Shown: piece by piece, positions 1 through 8,200 of the stretch | Numbering within the stretch: the first letter of the stretch is position 1 | Layout of the letters: every line of letters begins with the position of its first letter | Virus record (IMG/VR): IMGVR_UViG_3300020441_000002 | Span: 1 to 37,879 of that record | Length of the DNA stretch: 37,879 nt | Reading direction: 5' to 3' (one strand) | Source of the DNA: a virus | Lineage: Duplodnaviria > Caudoviricetes | Made by a program: the position numbers and the translations under genes | Notes under the pieces: model-generated | Seen by the model: the letters and a program-made list of their open reading frames with translations, nothing else | Database searches by the model: none | What the model was told of the DNA's origin: nothing

Positions 1-54
1 TGGTCCAGGACGGGGGGCCAAAATCGTAGAGGGGGGGGTCATTTTTGTTCTATT
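1..54. repeat. Terminal direct repeat identical to 37826..37879 (circular assembly overlap)
   Basis: Bases 1-54 match bases 37826-37879 exactly. Confidence 0.95.
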
Positions 55-152
55 TGCGACATTTTCGGTTTCCAATGGTTTTCGGATCCGGCCCAATATC
101 GCGCAACCTATTGTTATCATTGTGCTAATCGGCGTTTTCATAAGTTTATCCT

Positions 153-180
153 ATTTCGCATAATTAGCATTATGTTAATT
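153..180 (+). other. dif: XerCD dif-like recombination site
   Basis: ATTTCGCATAA-TTAGCA-TTATGTTAATT: 11-6-11 layout; left arm resembles XerC arm (E. coli GGTGCGCATAA), right arm is 10/11 to XerD arm TTATGTTAAAT; intergenic. Confidence 0.8.
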
Positions 181-235
181 CTTGCCTCGCGCATGCGCGT
201 GTGCGCGACCCCGTCGCCGCGTGTCGCGACGTGCT

Positions 236-340
236 CAAAGAGGGCAGCGTGAGAGCAAAAGAACAATGGGAGAAGTATACCTCACGCTGCCAGGTTGCGG
301 CTACCGACAGGGAGGAAACGATAGCCTGATCGAGGTAATA
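236..340 (-). ncRNA. Candidate sRNA with two hairpins exposing anti-SD loops
   Basis: Minus-strand stems 299-306/319-326 (one G-U pair, loop UUUCCUCCCUGU) and 243-253/281-291 (perfect 11 bp, loop containing CUUCUCCCA); intergenic; ends approximate. Confidence 0.55.
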
Positions 341-345
341 TCTAA

Positions 346-374
346 TCATTACAACAGATCTCCGAGACCGCCAA
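346..374 (-). promoter_or_regulatory. Putative sigma70-type promoter for the candidate sRNA
   Basis: Minus strand TTGGCG-17 nt-TAATGA immediately upstream of the first hairpin. Confidence 0.35.
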
Positions 375-376
375 AA

Positions 377-661
377 TTACACGTCATCCATTTGCAATCG
401 GTAGGCGATGACCAGGTAGTTAATCTGATCCAGCAAGCTATCCTCATGGAAGCCGGTGTTATCCATCCTGGCAGCCTTGAGCTCTGCCATCATCCTGGCA
501 ACCTCGTAGGCTGTCAGCTTCTCGCCAGGCTTTAATTTGTCCTGGACGATTGACGTCCACCTGGTAGCGATCGTCTCGTGCAATGGTCGAGCGTCTCCGT
601 AGCTGTCTTCACGATCCGTCAGGATATTATTCGCTCGGTCTAAAATTGTTTTATATTTCAT
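377..661 (-). CDS. DUF6378-like phage protein
   Basis: Pattern IL..A..IL.DR...YGD....H..IA..W ... VA.MM..LK.AR ... H.DS..D..NY; GAGG RBS before ATG at 661. Confidence 0.7.
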   Translation of the reverse strand: MKYKTILDRANNILTDREDSYGDARPLHETIATRWTSIVQDKLKPGEKLTAYEVARMMAELKAARMDNTGFHEDSLLDQINYLVIAYRLQMDDV

Positions 662-965
662 CTTTACCTCGTGCTTTGTATTTCGCATAACCTCGGTCGC
701 TAACCACGACGACGTAGTCTCGATCGATCAGTGACATGAGCTGCTCCAACATCTCGTCTTTTGTTTCGTCCATTGCTCCGGCTAACGTGTGGAGATCCAT
801 AACGCCCTGGGAACGCATGAACGTTAAAATGTGCAGCTCGTATCTGGACAATGGTTCCCTTGTTCTCCGGCGCTTCTTGTCATCGGGCAAGGCAGCTCTT
901 AATCCAAGCTTGGCCCGTCGTCTCTCGAACTCCATCATCTGGACGCGCATTTTATCCTCGTCCAT
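651..965 (-). CDS. Winged-helix DNA-binding protein (putative)
   Basis: C-terminal LSRYELHIL..M....MDLHTLAGAM...L..LIDRDYV resembles wHTH; overlaps its neighbours. Confidence 0.55.
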   Translation of the reverse strand: MDEDKMRVQMMEFERRRAKLGLRAALPDDKKRRRTREPLSRYELHILTFMRSQGVMDLHTLAGAMDETKDEMLEQLMSLIDRDYVVVVSDRGYAKYKARGKDEI

Positions 966-1188
966 GTTCCAGCTCCCACTTGCGCTGGAGAATTGCCTTG
1001 CGCTGGAAATTATTCCAGCTCTTGAGATCCGACAGGTTAAGATGGCGCTTTCGATTAGCGATCGCTTCCAGCTCCACCAGATCTGTCACTGCGTTTAATA
1101 ATCTAATGAAATCCGTTTCGCTCATTACAGCGTAATCAGGAGCTTTCCACTCCAGCCGTTTGAGATCCTCCTCGGTCAGCATTTCCAT
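952..1188 (-). CDS. Hypothetical protein
   Basis: 78-aa ORF continuing the leftward operon and overlapping the next gene. Confidence 0.65.
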   Translation of the reverse strand: MEMLTEEDLKRLEWKAPDYAVMSETDFIRLLNAVTDLVELEAIANRKRHLNLSDLKSWNNFQRKAILQRKWELEHGRG

Positions 1189-1367
1189 ACCAAACCGAGC
1201 AACCCTACCAACCTACCAATATCTAAAGATATTTGGTAGTGGTGGTATAGTTGGCGTTGCCGATACCAATTAGCATACCAACCGATACCAATTATACCAA
1301 TTTGATATGCTTTATGCATAGCAAACAGGTACTTAGACATCACACTATTGCTGGTATCGGCTGGTAT
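1188..1367. repeat. TACCAA iteron-like cluster, putative replication origin
   Basis: TACCAA at 1188, 1206, 1214, 1264, 1276, 1286, 1295; inverted TGGTA copies near 1234, 1243, 1352, 1362; hairpin 1213-1239; directly downstream of the primase-helicase. Confidence 0.6.
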
Positions 1368-1372
1368 TCCGC

Positions 1373-3301
1373 TCATAATTTGTACTTTCCGGCGGTCAAC
1401 CAGCAAAACCCGTCGTTGACGGCAATTTGCCCATCTTCAACGAGCTTATCAAACGGTCTGTTAAACGCCTGGCTTTTGTTTGTTGCGGTAGTTTTGCCCA
1501 GAAAATGCTTTCGCAGATCTTCGACCTCGATCATCCACCTTGTGCCGCCTTCTGGGTATCCTGTTCCGCCTGGATTTATTTTGCCCACCTGATCGCCCTG
1601 CAATTGAGTAAAGCATTCAACCATTTTCTTTCCGCTTGGGCTCAGCTTTACCTTTGCTTCTTGCTTACGGTCCTCAGTAACCGGCAGGACGTAGCAGCTC
1701 GTCACATTGTCGCCGTCCTCATCGTCGCCGAGGATAACTGTCTCCAGCTCAAATGCGAACTCACGGCCTCCCTCGATCTCCCGTTGCTTAGTTGTCTTGG
1801 CAAAGCGAATTCCGCTGACCTCGTCAACGGCAACCTCTATCTCAGTGTCTGTCGCAGCTCGGAGACTTGAGTGCCCCCTGGCTAAATCTGTGGCTTTGCC
1901 GGAGTGGTGTACTGACAAAACGCTACACTGGCCGTGCTCACGCAGCGCATCACTGTTAGCAATGTACGCAGTCATATCTTCGGGCCCGTTTTCGTTACCC
2001 CCGACCAGCGCCCTGGAGAGCGTGTCTACAACAATAAGAGCGATCTCTCCGTAGAGATCCTTAACCATATCTATCTGTGCCAGGAGCTTCGGGAGGTCGG
2101 CGCCTGGATCCAGCAAGTTAACAGGGCAGGGACGTATTGCCAGAGGAACGTTCTCGTCATTGTAGTGATCTTGGATGGCACGAGCTCTGTTGAGATAACC
2201 GGATCCTCCTTCGGCGGCATAATATAAAACGACGCCTTGCTTGACGTTATGTCCGTGCCAGGTGCGCCCAGCGGCAATGTGGTAGCTCATGTCCAGGGTA
2301 AAGAACGACTTGCCGGTATTTGACTGGCCGTAAACCACTGTCATTTGTTTGGAGCCGATCCAATTCTTTATCAGGTAGTTTGACTGCAACACCGGCTGCG
2401 CGTCGCCGATCCACACCAGCTCGTCCAGGAGACTTTCCGGTCGCTTTAGTGTCTTTAACCCTGTTGCTACTGCCTGGAGCCCCTGGCTTGCGTGTACGTC
2501 GTTCCAGTCAGTGTCTGGCATGGCTGGCGCTGTCCAGGGCAACCCCGTGCTCTTGGCTGCGTCCTGGCCTTTTTGATTGGCATCGTTATCCGCTGCTATG
2601 ACCAGCTCCATCTCCGGCCAGGTTTCTTGCAGTGCTTGGCATACGGTCGCCAGGTTGCCGGCATCAAGTGCAAAGATAACGGGCGTGTGATCGCTGGCCA
2701 TGTGGACCGATACAGAAGTGGCCCAGCCCTCGCTGACAAAACACTTGCCCTGGAAATCTAATTTACCGACGACGCCAAACACGCCCCCATCCTTTTTAAG
2801 TCCAGGATTAAACCGCTTGTCGCCTGACGGATTGATGCGCTGGTGCCCAACCTGTTCTCTATTAGTATTGAACAACGGCACCACTACATCAGAGCCTTCC
2901 AGAACCGCGCCTATAAGGTCAACGCCTTTGCGCTCGTGATATGCCGTATACGGGTCGAACTGCACTGGAGGCTCCTCCTGTTTAGGCATAGGCACTACAT
3001 TGGAAAAGTAATCCTTGCCGCTTTGCTTCAGTTTGATTTCTGGCTTTTTCTTTTCGAGTAGCGGCCAACATCCGTCGTGCTCCAGGATCTCGACGATTGC
3101 CTGGAAGTCGTTGCATTGCCGGCATTGAAATTTTACCAGGCCGTCACGCTCGTGGATCCAGAACCTGGTCGATGGCCAATCGTTGTGTCCACAATTTGGA
3201 CAACAGCCGTGGTGCTCCCCCTTCGGGCCCTCGCGAAGCGAGTAACGATTGATAATCGCCTCGCTCCATTCGGACCAGTATGCCTTCGGAAAATCTGGCA
3301 T
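1373..3301 (-). CDS. Primase-helicase (Zn finger + TOPRIM + RepA/AAA_25 helicase)
   Basis: CPNC...CRQC, TOPRIM SEGWAT and ADND, Walker A GQSNTGKS, Walker B IVVDT, VHHSGK...RGHSSL. Confidence 0.92.
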   Translation of the reverse strand: MPDFPKAYWSEWSEAIINRYSLREGPKGEHHGCCPNCGHNDWPSTRFWIHERDGLVKFQCRQCNDFQAIVEILEHDGCWPLLEKKKPEIKLKQSGKDYFSNVVPMPKQEEPPVQFDPYTAYHERKGVDLIGAVLEGSDVVVPLFNTNREQVGHQRINPSGDKRFNPGLKKDGGVFGVVGKLDFQGKCFVSEGWATSVSVHMASDHTPVIFALDAGNLATVCQALQETWPEMELVIAADNDANQKGQDAAKSTGLPWTAPAMPDTDWNDVHASQGLQAVATGLKTLKRPESLLDELVWIGDAQPVLQSNYLIKNWIGSKQMTVVYGQSNTGKSFFTLDMSYHIAAGRTWHGHNVKQGVVLYYAAEGGSGYLNRARAIQDHYNDENVPLAIRPCPVNLLDPGADLPKLLAQIDMVKDLYGEIALIVVDTLSRALVGGNENGPEDMTAYIANSDALREHGQCSVLSVHHSGKATDLARGHSSLRAATDTEIEVAVDEVSGIRFAKTTKQREIEGGREFAFELETVILGDDEDGDNVTSCYVLPVTEDRKQEAKVKLSPSGKKMVECFTQLQGDQVGKINPGGTGYPEGGTRWMIEVEDLRKHFLGKTTATNKSQAFNRPFDKLVEDGQIAVNDGFCWLTAGKYKL

Positions 3302-4090
3302 TTAAAATGGGATCTCGTCTTCCGGTCCACCATTAACTGACGGATGAACAGCAATGTCCTCTTTCTTTTGCCCAGCATCAGGGAAGGGGCTCGCAGCCTC
3401 TACAGTTGTCCTGGCAATTGGCTCCGACGTGGTAGGCACTTCCATGTCACCAAAAATTTGAGCGCCTTCCGACTTTTCTTTTGGCTGAGCAACATCGCTA
3501 AAGTAATCGACCTTTTCTTGTTGATCTGGCGGCGGCTTACGCTCAGCTCTAGTGAGAACCAGGAACGCCTCCGGTCGAGTGCTAATGCCGTGCTTACCGC
3601 CAAACGTCCAAGATTTAAGATCGACAACGCAATGCACCATGCTGCCCGTTGTCATTTCGAATTCGGGCTCACGATCTTTAATACCGATTTCCTCAAAATG
3701 CTGATTGTAAATTTTAGGTTTAGTATTTGGAGTTTTGTACGTTCTTATTTGCAGCTTTCGTTGAAATCGACCGTCGTCTGTCTCTTTAAATAGATCCTGC
3801 CATTTTGCGACCGGCACGTCGTTATCTCCGCCCGTTTCCGGATCGCGAATTTTTTGCAGCCAATGCTTACCAGGGAAATCTGCTTTAAACATGGCGCTCA
3901 TTTTAGCGGCCAGCTCTTCGGCTTGTGCCGGTTGGAATTTAATGATGACTTCGTATTTGCCATCTTCATCAAGTATCGACGTGCACTTATCCCAATTACC
4001 GGTCGCGCTGTTCTGTTTGTAGGGCATATCTAATCGGGGCCATAAAACCTCGACATTAGTAAACCGAATTTGATTGTCTTTTAGTTGCAT
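3302..4090 (-). CDS. Single-stranded DNA-binding protein (T7 gp2.5-like)
   Basis: Acidic C-terminal tail ending EDEIPF; lies between exonuclease and primase. Confidence 0.65.
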   Translation of the reverse strand: MQLKDNQIRFTNVEVLWPRLDMPYKQNSATGNWDKCTSILDEDGKYEVIIKFQPAQAEELAAKMSAMFKADFPGKHWLQKIRDPETGGDNDVPVAKWQDLFKETDDGRFQRKLQIRTYKTPNTKPKIYNQHFEEIGIKDREPEFEMTTGSMVHCVVDLKSWTFGGKHGISTRPEAFLVLTRAERKPPPDQQEKVDYFSDVAQPKEKSEGAQIFGDMEVPTTSEPIARTTVEAASPFPDAGQKKEDIAVHPSVNGGPEDEIPF

Positions 4091-4101
4091 AAATTACCTC
4101 T

Positions 4102-4926
4102 TTAATTATCTAAATATTCTGGGAGTTCATGTTTTGAAAAACTTGGCCACCTGGTTTCGTAGATGTTGTGCTCGGCAGCTTCTTTAATATCTCTGTAAGC
4201 CGCCTGGACGATCTGCTTGGAGTAATCCAAAACGTAATCGTCAAGCATGTGGAAATGGGCAGGGTAGGGCCAAGTTTTTGACACGGCAAGAAAACCCCAG
4301 TTTTTAATTTCCAAGCCATGTTCCTGGGCGCACAACAAATAGTGAGCCGCTTGTAAGTGATAGCCGCGCATAAAAATCTCTCGGCCAAATTTCCTGGGCG
4401 ATGCGTCCTGGCAAGTTTTGACGTCGCCCATCATGCCCAATTTTTCGCTGTATATATCTGGCCTGGCTTTTAGGAGCTGACCGGTGCCAGGATCCTCGAC
4501 AAAGATAGATGCCTCGCAAACGCGGTCTTTTTCTGTCAGCAATTTTTTGCAATGCGGATCGTTCATTAAGCCGCCAACGATCTCACCCTCTTTGGCTTCG
4601 ACGCCGTCGCACATGCCCTGGACCATCTCGTAATCTTTTTGTGTGAGCAGGACTTTACCTTCCTCGATACAGCGCTGCTCGTGCTCCTTATAAGCTTTAG
4701 TGGCACGCGTTTTCTCGGTAGACATTTCGACCAGGTTTAACTCCGGCTGCAAAGTCATTGAATGTGTTGCAGTTCCCAGATCTGCGACCAACTTGCTTAT
4801 GTCATTTTTGCCGTATTTTGCATGGAACGGGCTATGCAGGATCCACGACTTTAAGAACGATGCATTAATTGCTGTAGTTGCGTGATAATCTTTATTTGAA
4901 ATGTCTTTATAAATACCTGGTTTCAT
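4102..4926 (-). CDS. RecE/exonuclease VIII-like PD-(D/E)XK nuclease (DUF3799-like)
   Basis: GIY.DISN.DYH, GTATH, KARPD...DVKT, YHLQAAHY motifs. Confidence 0.88.
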   Translation of the reverse strand: MKPGIYKDISNKDYHATTAINASFLKSWILHSPFHAKYGKNDISKLVADLGTATHSMTLQPELNLVEMSTEKTRATKAYKEHEQRCIEEGKVLLTQKDYEMVQGMCDGVEAKEGEIVGGLMNDPHCKKLLTEKDRVCEASIFVEDPGTGQLLKARPDIYSEKLGMMGDVKTCQDASPRKFGREIFMRGYHLQAAHYLLCAQEHGLEIKNWGFLAVSKTWPYPAHFHMLDDYVLDYSKQIVQAAYRDIKEAAEHNIYETRWPSFSKHELPEYLDN

Positions 4927-5084
4927 TTTTCCTCTTTCATCTGTCGTTCAATCATTTCCACCAGGGCGATACAGCCTTGGACGCGATGTGTTGCCGTGGG
5001 CCTGTCAGGAGGCCGCTGGAGATCTACTTCAAGAGCTTCCAATTTGTGCTTGAGCAAACCTATTGTGGCGCTCACCTCGCTCAT
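4923..5084 (-). CDS. Small hypothetical protein (53 aa, not in ORF track)
   Basis: MSEVSATIGLLKHKLEALEVDLQRPPDRPTATHRVQGCIALVEMIERQMKEEK; ATGA overlaps at both ends fill the gap exactly. Confidence 0.7.
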   Translation of the reverse strand: MSEVSATIGLLKHKLEALEVDLQRPPDRPTATHRVQGCIALVEMIERQMKEEK

Positions 5085-5533
5085 TCGAAGAGCCTGGCAG
5101 CATTAGCCATGAGCAGGGCCTCGGCACGATGCTCATCTTTTTTGCGGCTGAGCTGGGCAGCTAGTTTAGGGAAAGTCCTGGTCGCAATCCGTCGCGCCCC
5201 GTCTTTATCTGCCGGCACACTGGCTGCCTTTTTCCATTTGCCAGGCGTCACCTCGGCGTACTTTAATTGAAGGAGAGCTAGGGTGCTCAAAATTTGCCCG
5301 TATCCGACGCCAAGTTTAAAGGCGGATGAAACCCCTTGCATCGGCCTGGCACCCTGCTTCTCCACAACTACAAAATCAACGGGAACACTGTTTAATATGT
5401 GGCTGAGCTCCAGCGTGTTTACGCCGCCATCAGTCCAGACGGGGAGGTCGTGCACTTCGCTCCAATCACCGTTGACCAGGGCAACACCGCCAGTGCGGTA
5501 ACCTGGGTCAATCCCTGCGTAATATCTCGACAT
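5081..5533 (-). CDS. RuvC-like Holliday junction resolvase
   Basis: GIDPG, VVVE, SAFKLGVGYG, VTPGKWKK, terminal AEALL motifs. Confidence 0.88.
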   Translation of the reverse strand: MSRYYAGIDPGYRTGGVALVNGDWSEVHDLPVWTDGGVNTLELSHILNSVPVDFVVVEKQGARPMQGVSSAFKLGVGYGQILSTLALLQLKYAEVTPGKWKKAASVPADKDGARRIATRTFPKLAAQLSRKKDEHRAEALLMANAARLFE

Positions 5534-5672
5534 TATCCTGCTCCATTTTGTTTTCGCAAATCACTTCAAATTGCGAAGAAATCGTGCGTTTCTGCTCGTT
5601 TGCCTCTTTTTTTAGCCATTCGGCGTATTTTTTTTCGACGCGCAGAAATACCGCAACTCTTTGATTATCCAT
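5508..5672 (-). CDS. Arc/CopG-type ribbon-helix-helix regulator (54 aa, not in ORF track)
   Basis: MDNQRVAVFLRVEKKYAEWLKKEANEQKRTISSQFEVICENKMEQDNVEILRRD; beta strand VFLRV followed by two helices with RT(I)S; first gene of the leftward operon. Confidence 0.7.
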   Translation of the reverse strand: MDNQRVAVFLRVEKKYAEWLKKEANEQKRTISSQFEVICENKMEQDNVEILRRD

Positions 5673-5801
5673 ACTTTTATAATTCTCGCTAAAATTAATT
5701 TAAAAAATCGTACATTTAAATCATATGTGGTACTTGTAAATATGATAGCAGTTGCTATTTATGTAAAGAAGACAGAAACAAGACGGCAAGGAGACAACCA
5801 A
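5673..5801. promoter_or_regulatory. AT-rich divergent promoter region with palindromic operator ATAGCA-GT-TGCTAT (5745-5758)
   Basis: Divergence point of the two early operons; TTGTAA at 5734 with the palindrome in the presumed spacer. Confidence 0.55.
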
Positions 5802-6041
5802 ATGGCTAGACCAACAATCACTGTAGAAAACTGGAACGGTAAAAAAATCGAAGTTACTTTAAGAGAGTATGTATCACGCTGGACCAACCAGGTTGAGGAG
5901 TTGCATTACTTAGCAAGCACATCTGAAGATCTTCAAAAAACACGAGACATAAAAGACCAGGTCAAGCAAATGGCTATTAACAGTTTTTGGAGCCTATATC
6001 GCATCGAGACGCAAGCTCCGCGTGTTCCTGCATCAGCATAA
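5802..6041 (+). CDS. Hypothetical early protein
   Basis: AGGAG RBS before ATG 5802; 79 aa. Confidence 0.75.
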   Translation: MARPTITVENWNGKKIEVTLREYVSRWTNQVEELHYLASTSEDLQKTRDIKDQVKQMAINSFWSLYRIETQAPRVPASA

Positions 6042-6070
6042 TTTCAAACTACCAGACACGGAGGACAGAC

Positions 6071-6745
6071 ATGGACAGGACACAGACAAAAGTTTTAGTC
6101 GGATGCGAAACCAGCGGAATAGTCAGGGAGGCATTTGCTTCCCTGGGCTTCGACACATGGAGCTGCGACGTGCTACCGGCTGACACGCCGACCAACCGTC
6201 ACATCCAGGACGACGTTCGAAACGTCATCGACATGGACAACTGGGATCTCGTGTTTATCGGTCATCCGCCATGCACCAGGCTTTGTAACTCCGGCGTCCG
6301 CTGGTTACACAAGGCGCCTCCAGGTCGCTCACTCGACGACATGTGGAGCGAGCTCGACCAGGGCGCCGAGCTGTTCAGCGATCTCTGGAATGCGGACGTG
6401 CCGTGCCTGGCAATTGAGAACCCAGTGATGCACAAATATGCCAAGGAGCGCATCCGTAACTATCAGCCGTTCACGCAGTCAGTGCAGCCGTGGGAATTCG
6501 CACACGACGAGCAGGGAGCCGACAACGTGAAAAAGCGCACATGCTTTTGGCTCAAGAATTTACCAGCTTTGGAAAAGACAGGATCTCTCGACGGATCAAC
6601 AGCTCGCGCAGACGTACACAACGCGACGCCTGGTCCAGATCGATGGAAGATCCGCTCAAAGTTTTACCCAGGCGTAGCAGCCGCAATGGCTGAGCAGTGG
6701 GGCAACGCGGCACTGGCCGCACAACATCAACAACTAGCAGCATAG
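6071..6745 (+). CDS. Short DNA (cytosine-5) methyltransferase
   Basis: Motif I-like VLVGCETSG, SCD, catalytic HPPC, IENP, KRTCFW; GGAGG RBS before ATG 6071. Confidence 0.82.
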   Translation: MDRTQTKVLVGCETSGIVREAFASLGFDTWSCDVLPADTPTNRHIQDDVRNVIDMDNWDLVFIGHPPCTRLCNSGVRWLHKAPPGRSLDDMWSELDQGAELFSDLWNADVPCLAIENPVMHKYAKERIRNYQPFTQSVQPWEFAHDEQGADNVKKRTCFWLKNLPALEKTGSLDGSTARADVHNATPGPDRWKIRSKFYPGVAAAMAEQWGNAALAAQHQQLAA

Positions 6746-6754
6746 GAGGATATT

Positions 6755-7090
6755 ATGAGACTATATGTAAGTAGCAAGGGCGAGTGGTTTGGAACACAAA
6801 GAGACGCCCAGCGCAACGCGCCCAGAGATTGGACTGAGGTCGAAGTGCCGACCAGTAAGCAGGAGCTTATCAAGTACCTGTCAGAAAACAGGGTAGGGGC
6901 GTCAGCTCCTACAGCATCAGCTCCCGTCATTAAGGAGGTTCCAGAGTTTACCTCTGAGCTCCTAGCACCAGACGCAGCGAGCTGGGTTAGCTGGTCGCTC
7001 GACACACTTATTCGTGGCGACAGAAACGAAGCTAAAGAAATGCTTAAAAAGGGTCTGAGGATCCAACGGGAAAGAGAGGCAATGCAATGA
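6755..7090 (+). CDS. Hypothetical protein
   Basis: AGGAGG RBS; 111 aa; ATGA-coupled to the next gene. Confidence 0.8.
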   Translation: MRLYVSSKGEWFGTQRDAQRNAPRDWTEVEVPTSKQELIKYLSENRVGASAPTASAPVIKEVPEFTSELLAPDAASWVSWSLDTLIRGDRNEAKEMLKKGLRIQREREAMQ

Positions 7091-7374
7091 GCTGGAGAGA
7101 CAACCCTTTATATGTGGTGGAATGGGCCGGCGGTGACCGGCTCCCATACACCAGAAGAATTTACCAACGCCTGACACCGGCAAAAAAATATTTGTTCGAG
7201 TACATGCGGACTAACCAGGCGGAGGGTTACATCCAACTGCACCAGCCGTTTGGTGCCGGCAACATCATATCAATTGCCAGGCAGAAAAATGGCGGAGAGG
7301 TCGAGATCGAAACTTGGGATAACGACGAGGTGACCGACGTAGAATTTAAGTATTTAGATCAGGAGGCGTTATGA
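7087..7374 (+). CDS. Hypothetical protein
   Basis: ATGA overlaps on both sides. Confidence 0.75.
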   Translation: MSWRDNPLYVVEWAGGDRLPYTRRIYQRLTPAKKYLFEYMRTNQAEGYIQLHQPFGAGNIISIARQKNGGEVEIETWDNDEVTDVEFKYLDQEAL

Positions 7375-7991
7375 CTTTACTCAATCAATACAGCTTAACA
7401 GTGCAGAAAGAATTCTTTCATCAGATTATTCGATCTGCCCTGGCTCACTTAGACAATTCTGATTTTGCATTGTCCGACGAGCTGAAACAAAAAGCTCACG
7501 ACGTGTTAGTTGTTAAGGCTCCAAACAAGCGCGGCAATTGCAGTAGCGCGAGCAGAAATATTATTACAATTTGCACAACATACTGGCAGATTAAAAATGT
7601 TATCAGCGGCAAGCGTACCGGCCAACGTAAACAATTTCGCACACCGAAGCACAAAAAGTGGGGCCATTACTATTGGAACGAATATCGCTCATACGATGGA
7701 GATCCAACCATTGGCGGTATGTTTGTCAAAAAGGGTGACGTCGATCACGGCAATTTAATCCAGGTACTGCATGAGCTTGCACATTATGTCCAAGGCAATT
7801 TGCACCATCAGGATCCTGATCGCTGGAGCTGCATGGCAAAACCTCACGGCTCCGGCTTTAAGCAAATTTATGCATGCCTACGTCATCAGTTCTGCAACGA
7901 CGAGCTGAGACGTAACGGCTTTTTAGCATTGTGCAAGGAAGCGGCAATCGGAATTGCTGGATACAAGTATTTAGAAAAGGAGGCGTCATGA
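7371..7991 (+). CDS. SprT-like zincin metalloprotease
   Basis: LHELAH (HExxH) plus downstream PHGSGF third-ligand motif; AGGAGG RBS. Confidence 0.72.
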   Translation: MTLLNQYSLTVQKEFFHQIIRSALAHLDNSDFALSDELKQKAHDVLVVKAPNKRGNCSSASRNIITICTTYWQIKNVISGKRTGQRKQFRTPKHKKWGHYYWNEYRSYDGDPTIGGMFVKKGDVDHGNLIQVLHELAHYVQGNLHHQDPDRWSCMAKPHGSGFKQIYACLRHQFCNDELRRNGFLALCKEAAIGIAGYKYLEKEAS

Positions 7992-8200
7992 ACTTTCAGA
8001 TAACGCGCAAACCTTTGCCCAACCAGGAGCAGCTCGCCATAGCTCGGCAGATGCAACCAGGCGACTGCGTGGAGGGGTTAAAGGCAAACAATGCAGTCAA
8101 GTTGCGCGACGCAATTGACGAACTGCACGGGCAGGGGAGCGCCGTTGCCCAGCTCATAGATTTGAACAGATACACCTGGACAGTATGGAGGAAGCAATGA
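7988..8200 (+). CDS. Hypothetical protein
   Basis: AGGAGG RBS, ATGA overlap; 70 aa ending WTVWRKQ. Confidence 0.75.
   Translation: MNFQITRKPLPNQEQLAIARQMQPGDCVEGLKANNAVKLRDAIDELHGQGSAVAQLIDLNRYTWTVWRKQ

Noticed and set aside
1-54. 54-bp terminal repeat as a biological DTR
   Set aside because: Length and exactness fit a k-mer assembly overlap of a circular or permuted genome; real termini cannot be inferred
182-535. 117-aa plus-strand ORF
   Set aside because: Antisense to the DUF6378-like gene, runs through structured non-coding DNA, TTG start without RBS
680-707. Third dif-like half-site ATTTCGCATAA
   Set aside because: No XerD-like arm follows; lies within coding sequence
1176-1406. 76-aa minus-strand ORF over the iteron cluster
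   Set aside because: Sequence is dictated by the DNA repeats (W/Y/G-rich), so it is probably non-coding, though not excluded
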